A stretch of DNA of 64,000 bases from an uncultured Planctomycetota bacterium (GTDB taxonomy: Bacteria > Planctomycetota > Planctomycetia > Gemmatales > Gemmataceae). Where the stretch lies: NCBI GenBank assembly GCA_963849325.1, contig CAWKHF010000002.1, forward strand, positions 544,001 through 608,000, read 5' to 3'. The notes under the pieces were generated by a model. That model ran no database searches and was not told where the DNA came from. It was given only the letters and a program-made list of their open reading frames with translations. How positions within the stretch are numbered: the first letter of the stretch is position 1; each line of letters starts with the position of its first letter. Below, piece after piece: positions 11,945-21,713 of the stretch. The position numbers were made by a program, and so were the translations under genes.

Positions 11945-11975
11945 TCAACTGTATTAAGAGTCGTCATACAGTTGA
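11945..11975. promoter_or_regulatory. Putative YtrA/GntR operator TCAACTGTAT-N11-ATACAGTTGA
   Basis: Perfect 10-bp inverted repeat 30 nt upstream of the YtrA-like gene. It resembles the TGTA...TACA sites of the YtrA subfamily. Confidence 0.7.
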
Positions 11976-12004
11976 ACGACTGGGCTGGCGTGGAGGAGCG
12001 AGGC

Positions 12005-12403
12005 ATGAGTTGGCACATCAGCACCGCGAGCCGGCTGCCGATCTATCAGCAGCTGGTGCAGCAGATCCGCGAAGCGATCGCGCGCGGCGAACTCCAGCCC
12101 GAGGCCATTCTGCCGTCTGTGCGGCAACTTTCACGCGAGCTGATTGTCAACCCGAACACTGTGGCCCGCGCCTACACGGAGCTGGAACGCGAAGGCTTGC
12201 TCGTGAGCCGGCCCGGACGCGGCATCTACGTCGCGCAGCCGCGCAACGACCTCACCCGGGCCGCGCGCGACCGGCGCTTGCTCGAACAACTTGATCGCTG
12301 GTTGACCGAAGCCGTCCACCTCGGCTACGCCGCCGACGAGGTGCTCGGGCTGGTCGCCCGCCGCGTGGGCGAATTCCAATGGCAGAGCGATGGAGCGGCG
12401 TGA
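12005..12403 (+). CDS. GntR family (YtrA subfamily) transcriptional regulator
   Basis: Motifs PIYQQL, LPSVRQLS and VNPNTVARAY; short C-terminus; precedes an ABC ATPase. Confidence 0.92.
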   Translation: MSWHISTASRLPIYQQLVQQIREAIARGELQPEAILPSVRQLSRELIVNPNTVARAYTELEREGLLVSRPGRGIYVAQPRNDLTRAARDRRLLEQLDRWLTEAVHLGYAADEVLGLVARRVGEFQWQSDGAA

Positions 12404-12414
12404 AAGGAGGACTA

Positions 12415-13387
12415 ATGGTCATGGACGACGCGATCCGGACTCATCGGCTGACCAAGTACTACGGCAGTCGAAAGGTGGTGGACGGACTCGATCTACGCAT
12501 CCCGCGCGGCTGCGTCTACGGCTTGCTCGGCCGCAACGGTGCCGGCAAGTCCACCACGCTGAAAATGATTACCGGAATGGTCCGGCCCGATTCCGGCCAG
12601 ATCGAGCTACTCGGCGAGGACATCGAGGCGCTCTCTCCGGGAACGCGCGCCCGCATTGCCTACCTCGCCGAGGGCCATCCGCTGTACACCTGGATGACGA
12701 TCCGCGAGGCCGTCGCCTTCGCCACGTCGTTCTACGCCAATGCGGATCGAGCATTGGTCGAACAAATCCTCGATCATTTCGCCCTGTCCCCGAAGGCGAA
12801 AATCGGCCGACTGTCCAAGGGGCAGCGCGCAAGTGTCGCTGGCGCTGGCCCTCGCCCCGGACCCGGAGCTGCTTATCCTCGACGATCCGACGCTCGGACT
12901 GGACCCGAACGTGCGCCGCGATTTCCTGGAATCGATGATTCAAATCATCCAGCGCCGCGGTCGAACCATTCTGTTCAGCTCGCATGTGCTGGGCGACGTG
13001 GAGCGCATGGCCAACCGCGTCGGGGTGATGATCGACGGCGTCCTGCGCGTCGATTGTCCTGCCGAGCACTTCAAGCGTTCGGTGCGCAAGGTAGTGGCGG
13101 AGTTCGACCGTGAGCCGCCGACGCTGCCGGCGTGTGCGGGATTGCTGAGCGATTGGCGCGTCGGCACGCGGCGCGAGCTGGTGTTCGTCGGCTACGGACC
13201 GCAACAGCGGGCCGCCGTCGAGGCGCTGGCGCCGCAGCGCGTCGAGGTGATGGAGCTGAACCTGGAGGATGCGTTCATCGAGTACACGCGCGGCCGGCGG
13301 CGGCCGCTGCCGACTTTCTCGGGAATACAGGCCGATGGTCAAGGAGGACGGAGCGATGAAAGCGCTGGTGCGCAAGGAGCTGCGTGA
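12415..13387 (+). CDS. ABC transporter ATP-binding protein; frameshift near 12830
   Basis: Walker A GRNGAGKS, signature LSKGQ, Walker B LILDDP and SSH. Confidence 0.9.
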
Positions 13388-14018
13388 GGTGTTGGGGCTG
13401 GCGGCCATCGCGTTGACGTGTTACTTCGTCCTGGTGGTCAGCGCGATCGGCGCGAGGGTGTTCTTCTGGGTGCCTGGACTGCCGCATGGGCCGGAGGATG
13501 TGCCGTTCATCAGCGGCGGCTTCCTGGGAGGGTTCACCCTCGTCTCGGTGGTGTTCGCCGCGGCGCTGGGTTTCCGGCAGTCGGCGTGGGAGTCGGGGCG
13601 GGGGACGTACCTGTTCCTGCTGCACCGGCCGATGCGGCGCGACACGATCTTTTGCACCAAGCTGGCGACCGGGATTGGCGTCTTTGTACTCTGTGCCAGT
13701 CTGCCAATCGTGGTTTATGCCGCCTGGGCGGCGATGCCGGGCCATCACGCGGGACCGTTCGAGTGGTCGATGACCGGGCCGGCCTGGCAGCTCGTCTTTC
13801 TGATGCCGTTGTTGTACCTGGGCGCCTTTCTCAGCGGTCTGCGGCCGGCTCGCTGGTTCGGTACGCGCTTGCTGCCGCTGGCTGCCTCGGTGGCGCTGCT
13901 GGTCCTGGTGTACTCGTTGCCGTGGTGGTGGTATCTCCGTTTTCCCCTGGCGTTGGTGCTGTATGCGCTGCTGGCGGCCACAGTCTGTCACGTGGCGCGG
14001 CTGCGGGATTACGCTTAA
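13356..14018 (+). CDS. ABC-2 type permease-like membrane protein
   Basis: Starts MKALVRKELRE; contains ESGRGTYLFLLHRP and about 6 TM segments. Confidence 0.75.
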   Translation: MKALVRKELREVLGLAAIALTCYFVLVVSAIGARVFFWVPGLPHGPEDVPFISGGFLGGFTLVSVVFAAALGFRQSAWESGRGTYLFLLHRPMRRDTIFCTKLATGIGVFVLCASLPIVVYAAWAAMPGHHAGPFEWSMTGPAWQLVFLMPLLYLGAFLSGLRPARWFGTRLLPLAASVALLVLVYSLPWWWYLRFPLALVLYALLAATVCHVARLRDYA

Positions 14019-14035
14019 CAGGAGTGCAAACTGTC

Positions 14036-15521
14036 ATGACGAACAAGGGATTGTTTCCGCGCCTCGTGCTGGCCACGGTCCTGGCCGTCGGCTTTCTGTG
14101 TGTCTGGGGCGTGATCGGCGTATGGGCGGTCGAGGTCTGGCAGGTCCTGTCCTTGGTATACGCCGAGAGAGAGAATCTGTCGTTTCGGACGGAGGGGACG
14201 GCGGTGCGGATACAGCATGACGGCCGAGGAAACACGCACTATCGAGACCTGGAGGGCAACCTCGTGACGCTGCCCGAAGACAAGGCGGAGGAATGGCTGC
14301 ATGGAACGCGATTGCCGGCGTCGCTGCCGTTGTCGGTGAGGGTCGGCGACATCGCCTGGGAGGACCGTATTCGCTCCTTCGACGATGGCCGAAGGCCGGC
14401 TGTTCGATGGCACTTCATCGGCGACGGCCAGCCACGGGGGGAGGCCTACTTCGTCGGCTACGACAGCCAGAGCAAGGAGTGTGTCGGCTACCTGGGCACG
14501 ACCGGCTTTCGCGGGGAGATGCCCACGGCGGACGAGCGTTTCCCCTTCGCCGGCGCGATGTCGGGACGCTATACCCGCGTGTTCTGTCCCGAGCGCAAAC
14601 CGGGTCAAGAGCACACGGTGAACCCGCGCGACGACAGCACCGTTGAGGGCGCGTTATCGCCGTAGATCGTGTACGTCCTCGGCCACGACCAGAGGTTGTA
14701 CGAGGCGGATCTGCGAAACGCACGGTGCGGATCGTCCTCGATGAGCCGCGTCTTCGCTCGGTAGCCCTGGTCGGCGACTCACCGAGGCAGGCACGGGCCG
14801 AGTTCCATCGCCTGGCGGCGCGGATGGATGAGGAGATACTCGTGCTGGACGATCGCCAGCGAGTAGCGCGGCGCTATCCGATCCCTCCGGTGCTGCGCGA
14901 AGAAACATTCCTGTTCGCGGAAACGACGGCTGGCGAGGCGTTGATGTACCGCGAGCGCATGGAATCCTTCCTGGGGACGGAAGCGAATTACCGGATCTGC
15001 TGGGTCCGAGCCGACGGTTCGATCCGCGAGGCGGAAGTCCATCTATCGTGCGGCCACGTCGATGCGGCCACGCGCCCGGCGAGGTGGTTTTGCCTTCTCT
15101 GCTGGTGGGACCGGTTTTCCCGTCTCCCCTGGTGCTCAACGTGGTCCTTGGCATCTTCTTGCCCCGGGATCTACTTGAGGAAGGCCGGGCCGCGACGTTC
15201 CCCGAGGCGCTGGCTCGGACGCTGACGGAGTTCTGGCCGGCGTTGACGATTGCTCAACTGCTGGCCGCTGGATTGGCCGTACACTGCCATCGTCGGCAGG
15301 TACGTTACGGGGCCAGCGGGCGCGAGCGCGTAGCCTGGCCGCTGTTTGTGCTGCTGCTCGGTCTGCCGGGCTGGATCGGCTATCGTTTCGGGCGCTCGTG
15401 GCCGGTGCTCGAAGCGTGTCCGACGTGCGGGGAGGGAGTCCCGCGCGACCGAGGCGACTGCACCCGCTGCCGCGCCGAATTTCCGAAGCCGGCGCTCCAG
15501 GGCGTCGAGGTGTTCGCCTGA
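14036..15521 (+). CDS. Hypothetical membrane protein with a C-terminal CxxC..CxxC motif; interrupted by an in-frame TAG at 14663-14665 and by frameshifts
   Basis: N-terminal TM, a soluble region, then C-terminal TMs and CPTC...CTRC. The reading continues plausibly after the TAG (IVYVLGHD). Confidence 0.55.
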
Positions 15522-15596
15522 TCCGGCGGCGAATCTTTCATTTGTCCTCGTGGAGCGGTATGATGCCTTCGGGTTTCTCCCGCGAGTGCAGATGTC

Positions 15597-17360
15597 ATGA
15601 GTCTTTCGCTTCGATTGCAGCCAAGTGTCCCGCTGTGGTCTTCGGCCGTAGTCATGTTCCTGCTGATGTCGCTTGTCGTGCTGCTCGGCTGCTCCAACTC
15701 GACGAACCCAACTCAGCCGGCCGTCAGCGCCGAGGAGACAAGCGGCCAGGACTGGTTCGAGGACGTCACCGAGTCCGCCGGACTCGACTTCGTTCACGAC
15801 CCCGGACCCACCGGGACTTTCTTCCTGCCGCAGTCGATGGCTTCCGGCTGTGCTTTCTTCGATTGCGACGGCGATGGCTTGCTCGACATCTATCTGCTGC
15901 AACACGCCGGGCCGAACTCGAAGTCGGTCAACCGCCTTTACCGGCAAGGTCCGGTTGGAAAATTCCGGGACGTGACAGAGGGTTCGGGGCTGGGCGTGGC
16001 GGGCTACGGCATGGGGGTGGCCATCGGCAACGTCAACAACGACGGCCGGCCCGACGTGCTGCTGACCCAGTACGGCTCTCTCAAGCTCTTCCTCAACCTC
16101 GGCGGTGGACGCTTCCGCGACGTCACCGAGGCGTCTGGCCTGCTCAATCCTCTGTGGGGCGCCTCCGCCGCTTTCCTCGACTACGACCGCGATGGCCGGC
16201 TCGACCTCGTGGTTGTCAACTACCTCGATTGCGATCCGTATCGAGATTGTGAATCGCCCGACGGCAAGAGAGACTTTTGCGGTCCCAATCAGTTCCTTGG
16301 CACTTGCAGCAAGTTGTTCCACAACCGCGGCCCCGCACCGGAGTCGGACGGCAAACCCGCGACGCCGGTGCGTTTCGAGGACGTGAGTTTCGCCTCCGGC
16401 ATTGGTCGGCTGCCGGGTCCGGGACTGGGCGTGGCCTGCGCCGACTTCGACGGCGATGGCTGGCCCGACATCTTCGTCGCCAACGACGGCCAGCCCAATC
16501 GTCTCTGGATCAACCGCCACGACAGCACCTTCGTCAACGAGGCCGTTTCGCGCGGCCTCGCCTACACGTCGATGGGCAAGGCGTTCGCCGGCATGGGCGT
16601 CGCCGTCGGCGACGTCGATAACGATGGTCTGCTCGACCTGTACGTCACCCACCTGGGCAGCGAGACGAATACGCTATGGCGTCAGGGTCCGCGAGGCGAG
16701 TTTCGCGATGAGACGCGGCAGTCGGGGCTGGCCTCGCCGCGCGGGCACGGCACCGGCTTCGGCACCCTCCTGGCCGACTTCGACAACGATGGCGCCCTCG
16801 ACCTTGCCGTCGTCAACGGCCGAGTCCTCAATGGCGGCCCGGCGAAGGATCCTCGCCTGGGCTTTTGGGAGCCTTACGCCGAGCGCAACCAACTCTTCGC
16901 CGGCGATGGCAAGGGCGGCTTCCGGGACATTTCGCCGTCCAACCCGGTACTGTGCGGTCCCTGGAACGTGGCCCGTGGCCTGGCCCGCGCCGACTTCGAC
17001 GGCGATGGAGCGCCGGACCTGCTTATTAACATCACCGGCGCACGGGCGCGGCTGTTGCGGAACGTGGCACCTAACCGGGGGCACTGGCTGGCGGTGCGGG
17101 CCATCGATCCCAGGCAGAAGCGCGACGCCTATGGCGCCGAGGTGCGCGTGCGGGCCGGCAAGAAGGAGTGGATGCGATCGATCAACCCGGCCGAGAGCTA
17201 CCTCAGCAGCAGCGACCCGACGGCCCACTTCGGACTCGGAGAGGCGGCGCGTTTCGACGCCATGGTCGTGACCTGGCCCGACGGCGTCCGTGAGCGCTTC
17301 GACGGCGGCGCCGCCGACCGCGCCGTCCCGTTGCGGCGAGGGGAGGGACGCACGCCATGA
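15597..17360 (+). CDS. CRTAC1 / FG-GAP repeat + ASPIC-UnbV lipoprotein
   Basis: Lipobox LLGC, repeated DxDxDGxxD motifs, and SYLSSS..AHFGLG. Confidence 0.9.
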   Translation: MSLSLRLQPSVPLWSSAVVMFLLMSLVVLLGCSNSTNPTQPAVSAEETSGQDWFEDVTESAGLDFVHDPGPTGTFFLPQSMASGCAFFDCDGDGLLDIYLLQHAGPNSKSVNRLYRQGPVGKFRDVTEGSGLGVAGYGMGVAIGNVNNDGRPDVLLTQYGSLKLFLNLGGGRFRDVTEASGLLNPLWGASAAFLDYDRDGRLDLVVVNYLDCDPYRDCESPDGKRDFCGPNQFLGTCSKLFHNRGPAPESDGKPATPVRFEDVSFASGIGRLPGPGLGVACADFDGDGWPDIFVANDGQPNRLWINRHDSTFVNEAVSRGLAYTSMGKAFAGMGVAVGDVDNDGLLDLYVTHLGSETNTLWRQGPRGEFRDETRQSGLASPRGHGTGFGTLLADFDNDGALDLAVVNGRVLNGGPAKDPRLGFWEPYAERNQLFAGDGKGGFRDISPSNPVLCGPWNVARGLARADFDGDGAPDLLINITGARARLLRNVAPNRGHWLAVRAIDPRQKRDAYGAEVRVRAGKKEWMRSINPAESYLSSSDPTAHFGLGEAARFDAMVVTWPDGVRERFDGGAADRAVPLRRGEGRTP

Positions 17361-18754
17361 CCCTGTCGATTCCCACGGGAAGACCATCGACAAGCGGCCG
17401 GAGACGATGGTCTCTCCTCGGTGTCCTTCTCTTGCTGCTGGCCGGCGCTGTCGCCGGTGTCTGGTGGTGGTTGCGGCCGTCCGCGGCCGTCCCCGCCGAC
17501 CCGCCGATGCCCCCCGACATCCAGGACGCGGAGGTTCGGCACACCATCGAACGGGCGCGGCAGAAGATCCTCGACAATCGACACTCCGCCGACGCCTGGG
17601 GACAGCTAGGCATGGTGCTGCTGGCCCATCTGTTCGATAAGGAGTCTGATCGCTGCTTCGCGGAAGCGGCCCGCCTTCATCCGACCGACCCGCGCTGGCC
17701 TTACGGCCGCGCCCGAATCGCCCTGAAACGCGATCCCGGTAACGCCTTGCCCTTGCTGCGGCAGGCGGCGGCGGCCTCCGACCCGCGGTCGTCTCAAGAG
17801 TCTTGCTATCGCCTGGAGTTGGCCGAAACCCTGCTGGACCGACAGCAACTCGACGAAGCCGAAAAGTTGTTTCGAGAGGAGCGGCGCCGCCATCGAGCGA
17901 ACCTGCGGGCCGCGCTCGGCCTGGGGTTGGTGGCGCGAGCGCGGGGCGATCAGCGGGCCGCCGCCGACTTCCTGACCGCCGCACGGGCCAGCCCTCATGC
18001 CCGCAAGTTGGCGACGGCCCAGCTGGCCGCACTCGCTCGCGCTCGCGGCGATACGGCGGCAGCCGATGCCTATGAAAGAGAAGCCGCTGCCCCGCCCGAC
18101 GATACGACGTGGCCGGACCCGTTCCTCGACCAGATCATGCAGTTGCGCGTCGGTCACCGCCGAAGCGAACGAGAAGTGAGCGACCTGGAACGGGAGCACC
18201 GCTACACGGAGGCGGCGCAACGGTGGCTTCAGCTGCTTCAGGAACATCCGACCCCGGACGCCTATGTCGGGGCCGGTATCAACCTGGCCCGCATCAAGGA
18301 CTACGAGAAGGCCCTGCCGCTGCTGCGGGAGGGCATGCGACTGGACCCGAACAACGCCAAGGCCCACTACAGTCTCGCCGTGGCGCAGTTCAGCCGCGCC
18401 GAGGAGGAGTGGCAGCAGTCGCCCGGCTCCGCCCAGGCCAAGGAATGGCTGGGCGAGGCGGTAACGCATGCGCGGCGAGCGACGGAGCTGAAACCCGATC
18501 ACGCTTTCGCGTACCTGATCTGGGGACTGGCCCTGAAATACCTGGATCAGCCCGCCGCCGCTGTCGTCCCTCTGCGCAAGGGCGTTGCCTGCCGCCCGGA
18601 GTCCCTGGAGTTGCAACTGGGGCTGGGCGAGGCCTTGCTGGAGTCGGGGCAGGACCGAGAGGCAACGACCCATCTGGAGAATGCTCGCCGTCTGGATCCC
18701 AACGACACGCGGCCCATCCGCGACCTCGAGCGACTGCGGGCCAAGAAAGGTTGA
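17357..18754 (+). CDS. Membrane-anchored TPR repeat protein
   Basis: N-terminal TM and multiple TPR helix pairs; coupled to the CRTAC1 gene. Confidence 0.85.
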   Translation: MTLSIPTGRPSTSGRRRWSLLGVLLLLLAGAVAGVWWWLRPSAAVPADPPMPPDIQDAEVRHTIERARQKILDNRHSADAWGQLGMVLLAHLFDKESDRCFAEAARLHPTDPRWPYGRARIALKRDPGNALPLLRQAAAASDPRSSQESCYRLELAETLLDRQQLDEAEKLFREERRRHRANLRAALGLGLVARARGDQRAAADFLTAARASPHARKLATAQLAALARARGDTAAADAYEREAAAPPDDTTWPDPFLDQIMQLRVGHRRSEREVSDLEREHRYTEAAQRWLQLLQEHPTPDAYVGAGINLARIKDYEKALPLLREGMRLDPNNAKAHYSLAVAQFSRAEEEWQQSPGSAQAKEWLGEAVTHARRATELKPDHAFAYLIWGLALKYLDQPAAAVVPLRKGVACRPESLELQLGLGEALLESGQDREATTHLENARRLDPNDTRPIRDLERLRAKKG

Positions 18755-18762
18755 GCCGTTTA

Positions 18763-18820
18763 TCCGAGCCGGAAGCGGAAACGAAGGTTGCCGTTCCTTC
18801 GCTCACACTTCCGGCTCGGA
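18763..18820. repeat. REPIN-like palindrome (CCGAGCC family)
   Basis: TCCGAGCCGGAAG ... CTTCCGGCTCGGA. Confidence 0.7.
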
Positions 18821-18834
18821 GGAGAAGAGTGATC

Positions 18835-19443
18835 ATGGACCCGATACTGGTCGTTGGCTCACGCAATCGCAAGAAGCGCGAGGAGATCGTCGAGATCCTC
18901 GGCGACCTCGGCCTGGACCTGCGCGATCTGACCGGATGGCCGGACGCGCCGGAGGTGGTCGAGGACGGCGCGACGTTCGCCGACAACGCTCGCAAGAAGG
19001 CGGTGGAGCTGGCGCGGCACCTGGGGCAGTGGGTGCTGGGCGAGGACAGTGGACTGGTGGTGCCGGGACTGAACGGACGGCCTGGCGTCTACTCGGCGCG
19101 GTATGCCGGCACGCAGGGCGATGATGCAGCCAACAACGCGCGACTGCTGGCGGAGCTGGCACCGCTGCCCGAAGATCGCCGCGCCGCTTACTACGTCTGC
19201 ACCGCCGCCTTGGCCGACCCGCGCGGCGAGGTCCGCGCCGTGGTCGAGGGTCGCTGCCACGGCGTCATCGTCCGCGAGCTGCGCGGCAGCGGCGGCTTCG
19301 GCTATGATCCCCTCTTCCTCATCCCCGAGTATCATCGTACCTTCGGCGAGCTGAGCGGGCACGTCAAGCACGCCCTGAGCCACCGCGCCCGCGCACTGGC
19401 CCAAATCCGGCCGGCGCTGCGCCAACTCGTGATCTCCGTTTAG
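18835..19443 (+). CDS. rdgB: Non-canonical purine NTP pyrophosphatase (HAM1)
   Basis: Motifs NARKKA, EDSGL, PGVYSARYAG, GFGYDPLF and SHRARA. Confidence 0.93.
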   Translation: MDPILVVGSRNRKKREEIVEILGDLGLDLRDLTGWPDAPEVVEDGATFADNARKKAVELARHLGQWVLGEDSGLVVPGLNGRPGVYSARYAGTQGDDAANNARLLAELAPLPEDRRAAYYVCTAALADPRGEVRAVVEGRCHGVIVRELRGSGGFGYDPLFLIPEYHRTFGELSGHVKHALSHRARALAQIRPALRQLVISV

Positions 19444-19499
19444 CCGCGACGCGCAGCGGAGCGCGGCAGCCGCGCTCCGCTGCGCGTCGCGGCTAAACG
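19437..19499. repeat. REPIN-like palindrome (GTTTAGCCGCGACGCG family); supplies the rdgB stop
   Basis: Near-perfect hairpin; same family as the copies at 28019 and 54412. Confidence 0.85.
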
Positions 19500-19704
19500 A
19501 AACACGATCACGCCGCATGTACGCCGGGGGTGTTGCCTGCCTTATCCTTCCCCTCAATTCCCCAGCTCCCGAATTATCTCCCACCACTCAAGCCACACCG
19601 GCGAAATCACCGATACTTTCAGCACGGGCGAAACAACCGCTCCCACCGTCGCGGCTGTCCGGGTAAGCCGGGCAAAGCGATGAGGTCTGGAGGAGGTAGC
19701 AATC

Positions 19705-21606
19705 ATGATCCTTGGTTCGGCCCTTCGCGGGGCGGCGCGGTTTGGCCGAGACGGTGCGAGCCATCGCTCCCGCGCCGCGCGTGTCTTCCGCAACGCGGGT
19801 GTGCTGCTCCTGGCTGCGGTCGGCGTGGTTGCCGCAGGCGATCCCTCCGATTCACTGCCGGCCGTCACCACCAAGACCGAGCCAGCGGCCCCGCAATATC
19901 TGCCCTCGTATCCACCGCCCGGAGGCCAATCCGCCGACGCGGTACTCCCCGATCCGGGACAGGTGCTGAAACCGCGCCCGCCGTTGGCCGGCCCGTCGCC
20001 CAACTCCGTCGTGCTGCCGCCCATCCAGTCGCTTCCCAACGAGAGCAAGGGAAGTTCCTCCTCGGCTCGGCCCTCCGGCAAACCATCCGCAGACGACCGC
20101 TCCCGCTCACCCTCGCTCCTGGAGCCGCCGCCCCCCCTTGGCGATTCGCAGTCCATCCCAACCAATCGCAAGGATCCCGGCCGCGAGAAAGCATCCGAAA
20201 CCACCGCCGAGTACACACTGGATGTCGTCATCGGACAGCCACGGTTGCTGGCCTTCCCCGACGTGCCGCAGCGCGTCGTCCTGACCGTGGACGAGAACGA
20301 TCCCGTCGCCAGCCTCCGCGAGGTGCCGCGCAAGAACCGCGAGTGGTATCTGGTAGGCAAGAAGCCGGGCACCGCGTTCCTCGACATCTGGCTGGCCGAC
20401 CCGACCAACGCCACCTCGCGCCGCGTGCTGCACTACACCATTCACGTCCTCGGCGACCCCGAGAACAAGGAGCAGCGCAACACGGTCTACCAGACCCTCG
20501 AGCGCGAGATCAACCGGACCTTCCCCGGCAGCGTCGTCCGCCTCAAGCAAGCCGGCGATAGCCTGGTGGTGTCCGGCTACGCCCGCAACGTCTTCGAGGC
20601 GACGCGCATCCTCTTGATCGCCCGCGAGAACGCGCCGGGCGCCCGCCGAGGAGCGGGCGACAAGACCAACTCGGCGGACGCTTCGCTCCGGCGCACGTCG
20701 CCGTCGCTGCAAGCGACCCTCGACGATTATCAAAACGCCGGCGGGCCGCACGTCATCAACCTGCTGCGCATTCCGGGCGAGCAGCAAATCATGCTGCGCA
20801 TCGTCGTCACCGAGGTGAACCGAGCGGCGGCGCGCAGCCTCGGCGTGGACTTCGGCATCGGCGAAAAGCAGGCGACGATTTTCCGCGACCGCCCGGCCAC
20901 CGCGGACGGTTCGTCCACGCTGGTGGATAACGGCTGGATCGCCCAGGCCATCAAGACGTTAGAAGACCTCCATTATGCGCATCCGCTGGCCGAGCCGACC
21001 TTGACGACGCTGAATGGGCAGACGGCGCGCTTCCAGGCGGGCGGCGAATTTCCGGTGCCGGTCGTGACGCCGTCGCCGTCGGGGGCGGTGCAAGGCATCT
21101 CGTTCCGGCCCTACGGCGTGCAGCTGAGCGTGCAGCCGGTCGTCGCCGACACCGACCGCATCCGCCTCACCGTATCGGCGGACGTCAGCGCCACCGACCC
21201 GGCGGCCGGTACGATGGTGGGCAACACGGCCATCCCCGGCATGAAGGTGCGCAATTTCCAGTCCACCGTCGAACTGCGCGAGGGCGAGACGTTGGCAGTG
21301 GCCGGCCTGATTCGCAGTCCCGGCGGCGACGCGCCTCCGCCGGGCGTAGCGCCGCAGGCCGGACCTGGGCCGGCCGATCAGGAGTTGGTCGTGCTCGTCT
21401 CGCCGCTGCTGCTCCGTGCGCCCGGCCCGAACACGCGCACGGTCAGCCGCCAGGCCGAGCCGGTCGTCAATCCGCTCAACCCGCGCGACATCGAGATGTA
21501 CCTGCGCAGCGGCGGCTCGCACGTACCGCGAGGCGACGCGATGTACCTGTTTGGACCGCAAGGGTACGCCGAGGATGTGCGGCAAGGATCGGCGCCGAGG
21601 CGTTGA
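19705..21606 (+). CDS. Secretin, CpaC/RcpA (Tad/Flp pilus)-like
   Basis: BON-like region, then QQIMLRIVVTEVNR, LAEPTLTTLNGQTARFQAGGEFPVP and STVELREGETLAVAGL. Confidence 0.85.
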   Translation: MILGSALRGAARFGRDGASHRSRAARVFRNAGVLLLAAVGVVAAGDPSDSLPAVTTKTEPAAPQYLPSYPPPGGQSADAVLPDPGQVLKPRPPLAGPSPNSVVLPPIQSLPNESKGSSSSARPSGKPSADDRSRSPSLLEPPPPLGDSQSIPTNRKDPGREKASETTAEYTLDVVIGQPRLLAFPDVPQRVVLTVDENDPVASLREVPRKNREWYLVGKKPGTAFLDIWLADPTNATSRRVLHYTIHVLGDPENKEQRNTVYQTLEREINRTFPGSVVRLKQAGDSLVVSGYARNVFEATRILLIARENAPGARRGAGDKTNSADASLRRTSPSLQATLDDYQNAGGPHVINLLRIPGEQQIMLRIVVTEVNRAAARSLGVDFGIGEKQATIFRDRPATADGSSTLVDNGWIAQAIKTLEDLHYAHPLAEPTLTTLNGQTARFQAGGEFPVPVVTPSPSGAVQGISFRPYGVQLSVQPVVADTDRIRLTVSADVSATDPAAGTMVGNTAIPGMKVRNFQSTVELREGETLAVAGLIRSPGGDAPPPGVAPQAGPGPADQELVVLVSPLLLRAPGPNTRTVSRQAEPVVNPLNPRDIEMYLRSGGSHVPRGDAMYLFGPQGYAEDVRQGSAPRR

Positions 21607-21626
21607 GAGAGCTAACCGAATGAGCT

Positions 21627-21685
21627 ACGAGCCCGGAGCGCAAGCGACGGGTTGTACAGACCCGTCGCTTGCGCTCCGGGCTTGT
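21627..21685. repeat. REPIN-like palindrome (CGAGCC-GGAGCG family)
   Basis: GCCCGGAGCGCAAGCGACGGG / CCCGTCGCTTGCGCTCCGGGC. Confidence 0.8.
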
Positions 21686-21713
21686 GGGCCAAGCGAGTTC
21701 TTGAGGTGAACCG

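Noticed and set aside
10949-12403. Apparent 484-aa hydrolase-GntR fusion ORF
   Set aside because: Artefact of a frameshift near 11281. The hydrolase ends at 11906, and GntR has its own RBS, ATG (12005) and operator.
14663-14665. In-frame TAG as possible pyrrolysine or readthrough codon
   Set aside because: It is a single case in an error-rich sequence, most simply TGG>TAG. No pyl genes are present and other genes use TAG as a stop.
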